From: an uncultured Thermoleophilia bacterium
GTDB taxonomy: Bacteria; Actinomycetota; Thermoleophilia; UBA2241
DNA: 64,000 nucleotides
Assembly: GCA_963715985.1 (NCBI GenBank)
Contig: CAVQSP010000011.1
Location: 96,001 to 160,000 of the forward strand
Direction: 5' to 3'
Both the position numbers and the translations under genes were made by a program. Below are positions 1 through 9,526 of this stretch, piece after piece (positions within the stretch are counted from its first letter, which is position 1; each line of letters opens with the position of its first letter). Below the pieces are notes generated by a model, which saw only the letters and a list, made by a program, of their open reading frames with translations, did not search any database and was not told the origin of the DNA.

Positions 1-209
1 GCCTGGGTGGCCTTGCGCATGAGGCGCTTGAGGCCGCGTGGCGCCTGCTCGATGGGCACGTCGTCCGGGCCCTTGACGAGGCGCCCGAGGTCGGCGCCCC
101 GTGTGGTCTCGACGATCACGCGATCGCCGACGGAGACCTCGAGGTCTGCGGCCTCGAACTGGTAGACCTTGCCGCCGCCGCGGAACACGACACTGGCGAT
201 CCTAGGCAC
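1..209 (-). CDS. PSP1-domain / stage 0 sporulation family protein (RicT/YaaT-like), N-terminal part, runs off the window
   Basis: Translates from GTG 209 as MPRIASVVFRGGGKVYQFEAADLEVSVGDRVIVETTRGADLG, a typical PSP1 N-terminus; conserved position after holB. Confidence 0.85.
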   Translation of the reverse strand, partial: MPRIASVVFRGGGKVYQFEAADLEVSVGDRVIVETTRGADLGRLVKGPDDVPIEQAPRGLKRLMRKATQ

Positions 210-1335
210 TTGCTGCGACCTCCTCGAAGCGCGCGAACATGGCTTGCAGTGCGAGCTTCTGGTCGATGTTGAGATACAGGTCTTTGCGCGTCCGGGCGAT
301 GACGGCGAGCAGCCGTGCGTAGTGCTCCGGAGCAGCGACGGCCGCTTCGACCAGTTTGTCGGTACGGTCGCAGTTCCAGAGTACATCGGATGCCCCGCAG
401 GCGACCACCCAGAGGTCGCGGACCCAGGCGGCCAGGAGATCGACGGCGTCCTGGGCGGCCACGCGGCGAAGTCGCGTGGCCTCGCGCTTGGCGCGCGCCT
501 CGGCACGGTCCCGGTGCCACTTGAGGTCGCGCTTGTCCGAGAACTGCAGCTCGAGCTCGGACAGCTTGGCGGCGAGCTGCTCCTGCACGCGCTCATCGAC
601 CTTCTTGACCTCGCGGTCGAGCACCTCGATGAAGGCGGAGGGGGGATCCGGCGTCTTGCCGCCGCGCTTCAGGGCGACCGCGTCGGCCGCGTACTTGAGG
701 TAGTCCTCCCGCAGGCCCGCGCCGCGCGCGTCCTCCGCCAGACGCGCGGCGCGCTCCACGGCGCCTCCGGAGAGCCGCGCGATGGTCTGCGCCTGGACGT
801 CCTGCAGGTCGTACTGCCGGCGCAGGTACTCCTCCACCTCCACGTCGCTGAGCGGGTGACACTCGACCAGCTGGCAGCGCGAGACGATGGTCGGCAGCAC
901 GCGCTCCAGACGGTCGGTGACGAGCAGGAAGACCACGTAGGCCGGCGGCTCCTCGATGCTCTTGAGCAGCTCGTTGGCGGCCGCCGGGTGCAGGTGCTCG
1001 ACCTCGGGGATGACCCAGACCCGGCGCGGCGCGGCGAACGGCCGCAGGCTCAGGTCGGCGAGCACCGGCTTGACCTGCTCCTCGCGGATCACGTCGCCCT
1101 CCCTCTCGATGACGTGCAGGTCGGGGTGCACGCCGCGGCGCGCGCGCTCGCACTCCGCGCACACGCCGCAGCCGCCGCACGACGTGACGAGCGCGACGCC
1201 CAGCTCCCGCGCGAAGACCGTCTTGGCCAGCCCCTCGCGGCCGGCGAACAGATAGGCGTGGCTGAGCGAGTCGTCGCGCAGGGCTCGCGCGAAGAGCTCC
1301 TTGACCTGCCGCTGGCCCGGCACCGATTCGAACAC
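202..1335 (-). CDS. holB: DNA polymerase III subunit delta'
   Basis: HAYLFAGREGLAK, CGVCAEC zinc site, HPDL, AANELLKSIEEPP, TIVSRC; tmk-holB-PSP1 synteny. Confidence 0.95.
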   Translation of the reverse strand: MFESVPGQRQVKELFARALRDDSLSHAYLFAGREGLAKTVFARELGVALVTSCGGCGVCAECERARRGVHPDLHVIEREGDVIREEQVKPVLADLSLRPFAAPRRVWVIPEVEHLHPAAANELLKSIEEPPAYVVFLLVTDRLERVLPTIVSRCQLVECHPLSDVEVEEYLRRQYDLQDVQAQTIARLSGGAVERAARLAEDARGAGLREDYLKYAADAVALKRGGKTPDPPSAFIEVLDREVKKVDERVQEQLAAKLSELELQFSDKRDLKWHRDRAEARAKREATRLRRVAAQDAVDLLAAWVRDLWVVACGASDVLWNCDRTDKLVEAAVAAPEHYARLLAVIARTRKDLYLNIDQKLALQAMFARFEEVAASA

Positions 1336-1341
1336 GGCCCG

Positions 1342-2007
1342 TCAGCTCCCCAGACGAAGGCCGGCGGCGCCCACAGCCTCGAGCGCCGCCGCCTCGACCT
1401 CTGCGGCCACGAGGTCCACGTCACGGAAGCCGTCGATGAGGCGCACCCGATCGGGATACAGCCGGGCCACCACCGCGAAGCCGGCCGCGACACGCTGCTG
1501 GAAGTCGAGACCCTCGGCTTCGATGCGGTCGGGGGCGCCGCCGGTACGGGCGAGCCCGACGAGCGGGTCCACGTCGAGGACGAGTGTGAGATCGGGGATG
1601 AGCCCGCGCAGGCCCGGCTCGTTGACGGCGAGCACGGCGTCCACGCCCAGCCCACGTGCGAAGCCCTGGTAGGCCAGGGAGGAGTCGACGAACCGGTCGA
1701 GCACGAGCACGCGGCCGGCGCGCAGGGCGGGCAGGAGCACGCGCTCGACGAGCTCGGCGCGGGCGGCCGCATAGAGCAGCGTCTCGGTCCACGGCGCGAG
1801 CTCGGCCGGGCCGTGCAGGAGTAGGGTGCGCACGGCCTCTCCGGCCGCCGTGCCGCCGGGCTCGCGGACCACCGTTCCCGGCGCATCCACGGGACCCACG
1901 GGAAGCCCGCAGGCGGCGAGGCGCTCGCAGAGCAGCGCCGCCTGCGTACTCTTGCCGCAGCCGTCGCAGCCCTCGAGCGTGATGAGCACCCCGGGCAGTT
2001 CGCTCAC
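1342..2007 (-). CDS. tmk: Thymidylate kinase
   Basis: ITLEGCDGCGKSTQ P-loop, REPGGT, DRFVDSSLAYQG; AAGGAG RBS before GTG 2007. Confidence 0.95.
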   Translation of the reverse strand: MSELPGVLITLEGCDGCGKSTQAALLCERLAACGLPVGPVDAPGTVVREPGGTAAGEAVRTLLLHGPAELAPWTETLLYAAARAELVERVLLPALRAGRVLVLDRFVDSSLAYQGFARGLGVDAVLAVNEPGLRGLIPDLTLVLDVDPLVGLARTGGAPDRIEAEGLDFQQRVAAGFAVVARLYPDRVRLIDGFRDVDLVAAEVEAAALEAVGAAGLRLGS

Positions 2008-2059
2008 GACGGTCTCCTTTGAGGCCACCGGGCCGGGCGGCGTCGGCCGCCGGGCGCGG

Positions 2060-4333
2060 TCAGTCCTTGGTGCGCGCCTTGGCCCGCGCGCGATACTCGG
2101 CCTTGCTCGGGCACTCGATATCGATGCAGAGCACCCACGGCCGGCCGCGGCCGCCGGCGCCCACCACCTTGATCTCCGGCCACCCGCAGGCGCCGCAGGT
2201 CTTGCCGGTGGGCGTGATGGTGCCGCGTTGCGGCAGGGGGAAGGTCTGGCCGCAGCCGCGCCGCGGGCGTTCGCCCTCGGCGGCTGGCTTGGGCTCCTCA
2301 CCCTCCTTGCCCACGCAGGCCACGAAGCGCTTGCCCGTCTTGCCGCGCAGCACGCGCAACTGGCCGCCGCACACCTTGCACTCGCCCAGGGTGAGGTCCT
2401 CGCGTACACCACTCTTGATGCGGTCGCGGATGTCGGTGACGTGAGAGTCCAGGAGCTTCCAGGCCTGCTCGAGCATCTGCGTGCTCTCGGCCACCACCTC
2501 GTCGCGGCGCAGCTCGCCTTCGCTGATGCGGTCCATGCGCTGCTCGAGCTCCGAGGTCATCTCGCTGGACGAGATGTCCACCGGCGCCTTCTCCATGGCG
2601 GCGTCGAAGGCGGCGATGAGCGCCACGCCCAGCTCGGTGGGCTCCACGGGGTTGTCGCGCACGTAGTTGCGGTCGTAGAGGTGCTGGATGATGTCGGCGC
2701 GCGTGGCCTTGGTGCCGAGGCCGAGATCCTCCATCTTCTCGATGAGTTTGCCCTGCCCGTAGCGTCCGGGCGGCTGCGTCTCCTTGGCTTCCGAGCGCAG
2801 GTCCAGCACTTTGAGCACGTCGCCGGGCTGCAGGGCAGGAAGCGGCCTGTCGCGCTTGGCCGCGTACTTCTCGTAGACCTCCAGGTAGCCCAGAGAGGCG
2901 ACTCGCGCGCCGTAGGCGAGGAACGGCTCCTCACCGATGCGGATGTCCACCCGCTGGCGCTCGATGACCGCCGCCGGCAACAGCGTGGCCAGGAAGCGGC
3001 GCACGACGAGGTCGTAGACCTTGGCCTGGTCGCCGCTGAGCTCCTTGGCGGGGACGCCGACCGGGTAGATCGGCGGGTGGTCGGTGGTGCGCTTCTTGCC
3101 GCGCGAGGCCGTGAGCTTGTCCTGCCCGTGGAGCCGTGCGGCCGTGGCCGCGACGGGCTGCCAGCGTGAGAGCTCGCTGAGGCTGCCGCGCAGGTCCAGC
3201 GACGGCGGGTACACCGTGTTGTCGGTACGCGGGTAGCTGATGAGACCGTCGAGGTACAGAGACTCGGCGGCGCGCATGGCCCTGGCCGGCGTCATGCCGG
3301 ACCCCGAGGCGGCGCTCATGAGCGCCGTGGTGTTGAACGGCGCCGGCGGCTTGTCGTCCTTGGGCTCGGCCTTGTAGGCCGTGACCTCAGCCGTCTCGAC
3401 CTGGGCACGACCGAGGGCGGTCTCCATGGCCTCTTGCGAGTCGAAGCGTCCCCTGGCGTGCGCCACCTCGAAGGGCTCGCCCTCGTGGTCGAGCGTGGCT
3501 TTGATCTCCCAGTACGGTACCGGCAGAAACGCGCGGCGCTCGAGCTCGCGCTCGACGACGAGGCGCAGCGTGGGCGACTGCACGCGCCCGACCGCGAGGT
3601 ACTCCGAGCCATAGCGGTACGACGCCAGCGACATGAAGCGCGTGAGCACCGCGCCCCAGATGAGGTCGATGTCCTGGCGCGAGTGCGCCGCCTCGGCGAG
3701 GTTGAAGTCCACGGTGGACGGCTTGGCGAACGCGGCCTGGACCTCTTCTTTGGTGAGCGCCGAGTACCGCACGCGCACGTGCCGGTCCACCGCCGCTGCA
3801 GGCAGCATGGGCTTGACGTGCGGGTCGCCGTTGTCCTCGAGGGCGGCCGGAGGCTCGGCCGCGGCCTTGCCGCGGCCGGTGGCGCCGGCCGCCTTCTTCC
3901 TGGGCTTGCCCGGCTTGTCGTCGGGGTGGCGCTTGAGCGCGTCGCCGCGCAGGATCTCGAGCGCTTCGTGGCCGATGAGCTCGCCCTCGCGATCGTAGTC
4001 GGTGGCGATGACCACCTCGCTGGCGCCCTTGGCCACCGTGCGCAGAGCGGCCAGCGTGCCCGCGGCGCCGGCGTCCACGACCCACGCCAGGTCCGGGGCG
4101 TCGATCATCTCGCCGAGGTGCTTGAGGCTCCAGCGGCGGTACCGGTCTGGGAAGACCGTCTCCATGACGTGCCCGCGCAGGCCGATGGCCACGGCGTCGT
4201 CGCCCTCGTAGACGAAGTGGTACGAGCGGACCTTCTGGCGGCCGCGGCCGTGCTCCTTGACCGTGACCTTGGCGCCGAGGATGTCGGCGATCTTGCGAGC
4301 GGCGTCGGCCTTCTCTGTGACGATGAGCTTCAA
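2060..4333 (-). CDS. topA: Type IA DNA topoisomerase with C-terminal zinc ribbons
   Basis: TOPRIM (TEK, ATDYDREGE), GRVQSPTL, ISYPRTD catalytic Tyr, LGTKATR, C-terminal CxxC pairs. Confidence 0.93.
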   Translation of the reverse strand: MKLIVTEKADAARKIADILGAKVTVKEHGRGRQKVRSYHFVYEGDDAVAIGLRGHVMETVFPDRYRRWSLKHLGEMIDAPDLAWVVDAGAAGTLAALRTVAKGASEVVIATDYDREGELIGHEALEILRGDALKRHPDDKPGKPRKKAAGATGRGKAAAEPPAALEDNGDPHVKPMLPAAAVDRHVRVRYSALTKEEVQAAFAKPSTVDFNLAEAAHSRQDIDLIWGAVLTRFMSLASYRYGSEYLAVGRVQSPTLRLVVERELERRAFLPVPYWEIKATLDHEGEPFEVAHARGRFDSQEAMETALGRAQVETAEVTAYKAEPKDDKPPAPFNTTALMSAASGSGMTPARAMRAAESLYLDGLISYPRTDNTVYPPSLDLRGSLSELSRWQPVAATAARLHGQDKLTASRGKKRTTDHPPIYPVGVPAKELSGDQAKVYDLVVRRFLATLLPAAVIERQRVDIRIGEEPFLAYGARVASLGYLEVYEKYAAKRDRPLPALQPGDVLKVLDLRSEAKETQPPGRYGQGKLIEKMEDLGLGTKATRADIIQHLYDRNYVRDNPVEPTELGVALIAAFDAAMEKAPVDISSSEMTSELEQRMDRISEGELRRDEVVAESTQMLEQAWKLLDSHVTDIRDRIKSGVREDLTLGECKVCGGQLRVLRGKTGKRFVACVGKEGEEPKPAAEGERPRRGCGQTFPLPQRGTITPTGKTCGACGWPEIKVVGAGGRGRPWVLCIDIECPSKAEYRARAKARTKD

Positions 4334-4425
4334 GGTGCTACCTCTTGGGATATCCCAGACGGCTTCGGGCGATGGCAGTTAATACCACCGCCGAAACCCC
4401 AGTGTCGAGATGACGATGCGCCGGG

Positions 4426-4776
4426 TCAGGCGAGCGCGGCGACGGCGTCCTCGAGCGTGTCGTGGATGGTGAACACGCGGTCCAGGCCCGTGATGGACAG
4501 CACGCGGCCCACCGGCCGCGTGGTGACCACGAGTGCCATGGCGCCGCCGGCGGCGCGCAGGCGGCGCACGCCGCCGATGAGCACGCCGAGCGCGGTGGAG
4601 TCGATGAAGGTCACGCCGCTCAAGTCGATGACGACCTTGGCGGCGCCTTCGTCGATGAGCCCCAGCATGCTCTGCTTGAGCTGGGGCGCCGTGTACATGT
4701 CCACCTCACCCGAAAGCCGGACGACACCTACACCGTCGTCCCTGCGCTGCGCCTCCACGCCGAACAGCTCGTTCAC
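4426..4776 (-). CDS. STAS-domain anti-sigma factor antagonist
   Basis: GEVDMYTAP, DLSGVTFIDSTALGVL motif. Confidence 0.92.
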   Translation of the reverse strand: MNELFGVEAQRRDDGVGVVRLSGEVDMYTAPQLKQSMLGLIDEGAAKVVIDLSGVTFIDSTALGVLIGGVRRLRAAGGAMALVVTTRPVGRVLSITGLDRVFTIHDTLEDAVAALA

Positions 4777-5435
4777 GGCGCGGTCCCCGTGCTCGAAGGG
4801 CTTGGGGACGGCGTCGGCGATGCCGTCGCGGAGTCGATCCAGCCCTGGACGGCCGCCGCGTCAGGCGACGATGGGTCGAGCTCGAGGAACTTGGTGAAGG
4901 CGAGCAGGGCCGTGTTCTTGTCGCCGGCGTTGATCGCGATGGTGCCGAGGTCGAAGTAGGTCTGCGGGTCATCGGGGCGCATGCTGGACAGTTGCTGGTA
5001 CACCCCGACGGCGCTCGAGTAGTCCTTCATGAGGAGGTAGACGCTGGCCAGCTGCTCGAGGGTGTCGAGACGCTTCTGGCGCGCCACCGTGTCGCCCTTC
5101 TGCTTCTTGAGCAGCTTGATGGCCGACTTGTACGCATCCGCCGCCAGGAGCCAGTCGGTCCTCTGGGCGGTGGAGCCCTCGGCCTGCTGGTTGGCGCGCA
5201 GCACGTAGTTCTCGGCGAGGTTGATCCAGGCGACCTCGTTGGTGGGGTCGGCGGCGGTCTGCGTCTTGTACTTGGTGATCTCCTTGTCGATCTGTTCCAT
5301 AGCGGAGGTCGTCGAGCCGCCACAGCCGAGGCTGCGGTTGATGGGGATCATGACGAGGAAGCCGGCCATGATGAGTGCCATGAAGCCGAACACCCACTTC
5401 TGCCAGAACTTCACCCGTTTGCGGTCGAGCAGCAC
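4773..5435 (-). CDS. Membrane-anchored TPR protein
   Basis: N-terminal TM helix, TPR-like helices (YFDLGTIAINAGD...ALLAFTKFLELDP), Pro/Ser/Thr tail. Confidence 0.8.
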   Translation of the reverse strand: MLLDRKRVKFWQKWVFGFMALIMAGFLVMIPINRSLGCGGSTTSAMEQIDKEITKYKTQTAADPTNEVAWINLAENYVLRANQQAEGSTAQRTDWLLAADAYKSAIKLLKKQKGDTVARQKRLDTLEQLASVYLLMKDYSSAVGVYQQLSSMRPDDPQTYFDLGTIAINAGDKNTALLAFTKFLELDPSSPDAAAVQGWIDSATASPTPSPSPSSTGTAP

Positions 5436-6935
5436 TTAGGGGGTCTCCTCTCCTGAGACGGCGGTGGTGTGCCACCAGCCGGATTCCGCGGCGCCGACGC
5501 GCACGTCTCCTGCGTGCACGCGGTCGCGGAGCTTCTCGCGCACGGTCACCGCCGCACGCCTCACAGCCTCTGCGTCGAGGCGCGTGTGGTGGTGGTCGGC
5601 GAACAGCACGTCCCCGCCCACCACTGTGAGCAGGACGTCGTCCTGGTTGGCGCCGTAGACCAGCGCCGAGTATGGATCGTCGATGGGCGCGAAGTGCGAG
5701 GTGCTCACGTCCACGGCGATGAAGTCCGCGTACTTGCCCGGCACCAGACTGCCGATGTCGGCGGCCATGCCGAGCGCCTCGGCGCCGCCGAGCGTGGCGA
5801 TGCGCACGCACTTGGGCGCGTCGAGGACCGTGACGTCACGCTCCACGGCGCGGTGCAGGAACAGCATCGTGCGCATCTCGTCGAACATGTCCATGATGTT
5901 GCTGGAGGCCGGGCTGTCCGTGCCCAAGCCCACGCGCACACCCTCGTGCAGCAGGTCGGCCAGCGGCGCCACGCCGCAGCCGAGCTTGGCGTTGCTCTTG
6001 GGGCAGTGCGCCACGGCGACGCCCTTGCTCTTGAGGATGCGGATATCGTCGCGGCTGAGCAGGACGCAGTGGACGGCGAGGAAGTCGGCGTCGAACACGT
6101 CCCACTGCTGCAGGTACTTGATGGGGCTCACGCCGAAGGGCTGGACGAGCATGCGCTCCCAGCCCATCTTCTCGCGATAGTCGTGAGCGAACTTGCCCGA
6201 GCCCGAGCGCACGTAGGTGGCCTCGTCGCGGCTCTCGGCGACGTGGCTCATGACTTTGAGGCCGCGCTCGCGGGCGAGCGCCGAGACCGCCTGGTACAAG
6301 CGGCTGGAGACCGTGTACGGCGCGTGCGGCGCCAGCCCGATGTCGATGCGCGGCGGCGCCGCCGCCTGCGCCGCTCGGAGCCGGCCTTCGATGTCGGTCA
6401 GCGTCTCTTCCAGGCGCTTGTCGTCCACGCCGAAGACCTCGAGATAGATGCGGCCGCGCAGACCGGCCTCGGCGGCCGCCTCAAGGGCGACGGCGCCGTA
6501 GCTGGTGTCGGCGATCGTGGTGATGCCGGAGGCGATGGCCTCGAGCGCGCCCAGCCGGGCGCTCAGCAGGTATTCGTCGGGGGTCAGCGACGCCTTGACG
6601 TCGACGAGGCTGATGATCCAGTCGCCGAACTCGGAGTCGTCGAGGATGCCACGGAACGAGGTGTACTCGATGTGGCTGTGGCAGTTGACGAAGCCGGGCA
6701 TGATGACCGAGCGGCCCAGGTCGACGAGGTCGGCGTCGGGATAGGCAGACGTGACGTCGGCCGCCGGGCCCACGCCGACGATGCGCTCGCCGGAGACGGC
6801 GAGTGCGCCGCCGGCGAGCACCGGTGCGTCGACAGGCAGCAGCCAGTCGGCGCGATAGATAGAGATGTCGTGGCCCGTGATGACCGCCTCGATCGTCGTC
6901 TTGGGGCACGGCGGCGTCCACGGGGGGACCCGCAC
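5436..6935 (-). CDS. Amidohydrolase, MTA/SAH deaminase (MtaD)-like; start uncertain
   Basis: PGFVNCHSH, APHAPY, HVAES, HCPKSN, GTDS, ATLGGAEAL motifs. Confidence 0.85.
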   Translation of the reverse strand: MRVPPWTPPCPKTTIEAVITGHDISIYRADWLLPVDAPVLAGGALAVSGERIVGVGPAADVTSAYPDADLVDLGRSVIMPGFVNCHSHIEYTSFRGILDDSEFGDWIISLVDVKASLTPDEYLLSARLGALEAIASGITTIADTSYGAVALEAAAEAGLRGRIYLEVFGVDDKRLEETLTDIEGRLRAAQAAAPPRIDIGLAPHAPYTVSSRLYQAVSALARERGLKVMSHVAESRDEATYVRSGSGKFAHDYREKMGWERMLVQPFGVSPIKYLQQWDVFDADFLAVHCVLLSRDDIRILKSKGVAVAHCPKSNAKLGCGVAPLADLLHEGVRVGLGTDSPASSNIMDMFDEMRTMLFLHRAVERDVTVLDAPKCVRIATLGGAEALGMAADIGSLVPGKYADFIAVDVSTSHFAPIDDPYSALVYGANQDDVLLTVVGGDVLFADHHHTRLDAEAVRRAAVTVREKLRDRVHAGDVRVGAAESGWWHTTAVSGEETP

Positions 6936-7050
6936 GTGAGACAGGAGTATAGGGGAGCGCCTCGCACAGTGGCAAACAGCGGTGGCGCGCGGCCGCCGGG
7001 CGCCGCCGGGCCAGCGGTATACTGCATCCGTCGACGACGGGAGACGAGCC

Positions 7051-7389
7051 GTGCACGAAGGACCCCCCAGCTTCTCGGCCGATGTCATCACCAGCAGCGT
7101 GTGGGACGCCATCAAGGACATCCCCGGCGTGAGCGACCTCTACCGCAATCCGCTGCAGTCACTCGGCGAGCGCGTGCACATGGAGCGGCGCGGCCCGGTG
7201 CGCCTGGAGCACGACGAAGACGGGCCGCTGCTCGAGATCCAGATCATCGTCGACGAAGGGGCATCCCTGGCAGCCGTGGGCGAGGCGGTGGCCCACGCCG
7301 GCGCCACGTACCTCGCGCGGACGACCGGCACGCCCATCACCCACGTGGAGGTCGTGGTCGCCGACGTCGGCGTGGTCGGCGGCCCGTGA
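7051..7389 (+). CDS. Asp23/Gls24 family protein
   Basis: DVITSSVWDAIKDIPGV...TGTPITHVEVVVADV pattern, 112 aa. Confidence 0.7.
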   Translation: MHEGPPSFSADVITSSVWDAIKDIPGVSDLYRNPLQSLGERVHMERRGPVRLEHDEDGPLLEIQIIVDEGASLAAVGEAVAHAGATYLARTTGTPITHVEVVVADVGVVGGP

Positions 7390-7985
7390 GAGCGATCGAC
7401 CTCACAGGCGCCACCCGGGACCTCCTGGCGCCGTGCTGCCGTGACTGTGTCTGGTGGCAGACCCTGCCGGGCGCCACGCCCGCCGCGGGGCTGCGCGAGA
7501 CCTGGGAGCACGAGGCGGAGGCCGAGGCCGGCTTCTTCGGACGCGCCCTGCTCGAGGACGGCGCGGTGATCGGCTGGATGCACGCCGCGGCCCCCCGCCT
7601 GCTGCTGCGCACCGGTTGCCTGCCCGCCGGTCCGCCCTCCGCCGATGCCTACGTGCTCACCTGCTCGTACCTGTACGACGAGGAGTACCTGCGCGGCTTC
7701 CAGTTCCTGCTCCAGGAGATCGAAGCCTCGCTCAAGTTCCGCCGCGTGAAGGCGCTGGAGGCGTTCGGCCTGGACCGCGCGCGTCCCGGCGACCCGTTCC
7801 GCGGGTACGTGCGCGAGCTGAACCTCTTCCACCCGGAGGTGCTGGAGGGCAGCGGCTTCCGCCGGGTGCAGGTGAAGGGCGAGATCGCGCGCTTCCGTCT
7901 GGACCTCGCCACCATCGTGGAGGCGCCGCGGCACAGTGTGGCCTGGGAGCGGGTGGAGGCGCCGGCGGGGGCGCAGCCGGTCTGA
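7386..7985 (+). CDS. GNAT-fold protein, actinobacterial CxxCxxW type
   Basis: CCRDCVWWQ, GPPSADAYVLTC, VKALEAFG, GF...RFRLDL; GTGA overlap with upstream gene. Confidence 0.65.
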   Translation: MRAIDLTGATRDLLAPCCRDCVWWQTLPGATPAAGLRETWEHEAEAEAGFFGRALLEDGAVIGWMHAAAPRLLLRTGCLPAGPPSADAYVLTCSYLYDEEYLRGFQFLLQEIEASLKFRRVKALEAFGLDRARPGDPFRGYVRELNLFHPEVLEGSGFRRVQVKGEIARFRLDLATIVEAPRHSVAWERVEAPAGAQPV

Positions 7986-8034
7986 CCGGCGCCGCAGGTC
8001 CCTGCGCGGCCGGCGTCCGCGCGCGCCGGCGCCG

Positions 8035-9297
8035 TCAGCGGAAGATGCGCGGCAGCCGCTGCTTCCAGTCGGCCGGCAGCACCGCGTCCAGCGCGTCGTC
8101 CAGCGTGACGATGCCCAGCGGGCGGCGCTGCTCGTCCACCACCGGGATGGCGAGCAGGTCGTACTTGACCATGATGCGGCCGACCTCCTCTTCGTCGACC
8201 TCGGCCGTGACCTGCACCACGTCGTCCTCCATGAGCTCCGCGACCTGCAGGCCCGGCTCGGCGAGCACGAGATCGCGCAGGCTGGCGACGCCGGTCAGGC
8301 TGCCGTCCTCGGCGACGAAGTAGAGATAGGTCATGGCGTGGTGCTCGGGCCGCTCGCTGCGGATCCACTGCAGCGCCGCGTCGGCTGTGAGCCCGTCGGG
8401 GAGGGCCACGAAGTCCGTGGTCATCAGCGACCCGGCGGTGTGCTCAGGGTGGCTGGCGAGCTCGCGAAGATCCTCCTCGCGCTCGTCCGGCAGGCACGCG
8501 AGCAGCTGCTGTGAGAGTTCGTCGGGGAGGTCGCTGAGGATGTCGGCGGCCTCGTCGGCCTCGATGAGCTCGAGCACGGCGGCGGCGCGTGGCAACGGCA
8601 TGTCCTGCAGCGCCGCCGAGCGCAGCTCCTCGTCCATCTCCTGCAGGGTGTCGGCGGCGAGGCCCGGGTTGAGCGCGGCCAGCACGGCCGCGCGCTCGCG
8701 CGGGCCCACCTGGCCGACGATGTCGGCGATGTCCGCCGGGTGCAGCTCCGCCAGCTCGGCGAACGCCTCCACGAAGTTGAGCCGCGAGAGCCGCAGCGCG
8801 ATGAGGTTCACGTCGGCCCACGGCACCAGGTCGCCGCTGCGCCGCGGCAGGCGGCGCGAGAGGAAGCCCAGCCCAAAGCGCTTCGCGAGGGCTCCCGAGC
8901 TGGCGTCCACGCCGAGGACCGCGAGGCTGCCGTCGCGCGGCTCCAGCAGGACGTCCTGGGCGCGCACGAAGACGCGGCGGCGCATGTCCAGCACCTGGTT
9001 GTCCAGCACCGACTCGACGAGGGCGAGCTCGTCGCCGCGCAGCGAGGCGGGCTCGAGATCGGCCGCTGCGCAGCAGAGGTGCAGCCGCTCGCCGTCCACG
9101 TCGATCTCGGCGACCTGCTCCCACGAGGCGCGCACCTGGTCGTCGTCGCGCGCGATGAAGAACGCCGTGACGAACGGGGCATCGGACGTACAGAGGGCGA
9201 GCACGTCGAGCAACTCGCCGACCTGGACGCCGGCGCTGTCGACCACCTTCATGTCTTCGAGTTCGGAGAGTGAGAGCGAGCCTAAGTGGTCGTCCAC
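8035..9297 (-). CDS. PRC-barrel + MgtE intracellular N domain + CBS pair (no TM domain)
   Basis: LHPADIADI, TAGSLMTTDFV, YDLLAIPVVD..GIVTLDD. Confidence 0.85.
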   Translation of the reverse strand: MDDHLGSLSLSELEDMKVVDSAGVQVGELLDVLALCTSDAPFVTAFFIARDDDQVRASWEQVAEIDVDGERLHLCCAAADLEPASLRGDELALVESVLDNQVLDMRRRVFVRAQDVLLEPRDGSLAVLGVDASSGALAKRFGLGFLSRRLPRRSGDLVPWADVNLIALRLSRLNFVEAFAELAELHPADIADIVGQVGPRERAAVLAALNPGLAADTLQEMDEELRSAALQDMPLPRAAAVLELIEADEAADILSDLPDELSQQLLACLPDEREEDLRELASHPEHTAGSLMTTDFVALPDGLTADAALQWIRSERPEHHAMTYLYFVAEDGSLTGVASLRDLVLAEPGLQVAELMEDDVVQVTAEVDEEEVGRIMVKYDLLAIPVVDEQRRPLGIVTLDDALDAVLPADWKQRLPRIFR

Positions 9298-9526
9298 GCT
9301 GACGGCTCACATCCTTTCGCCGGCCGGACCCTCAGGACGCTGGCGAGGATACCCGCGGCGCCTCACCCCGTCAACGCCGCAGCCCTGGCGCGACCCCTGA
9401 GGGCAGCGCAGATCGCCCATGTCGCTCGCGGGCGCCGAGTGCTATAGACTTCCCCGGTCCAAAGTCCATCGCCGGGGTGCGCTGTCAGGGGCGTCGCACG
9501 ACCGGCCCAGCGAAAGGAGCCGTTGC

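Noticed and set aside
169-1824. Long antisense ORFs (also 14180..16891, 52389..54680 and others)
   Set aside because: Shadow frames of real genes in high-GC DNA, with no motifs.
9440-9526. Purine riboswitch before the NCS2 permease
   Set aside because: Only a CCCCGG/CCGGGG hairpin is visible; the conserved three-way junction nucleotides are absent.
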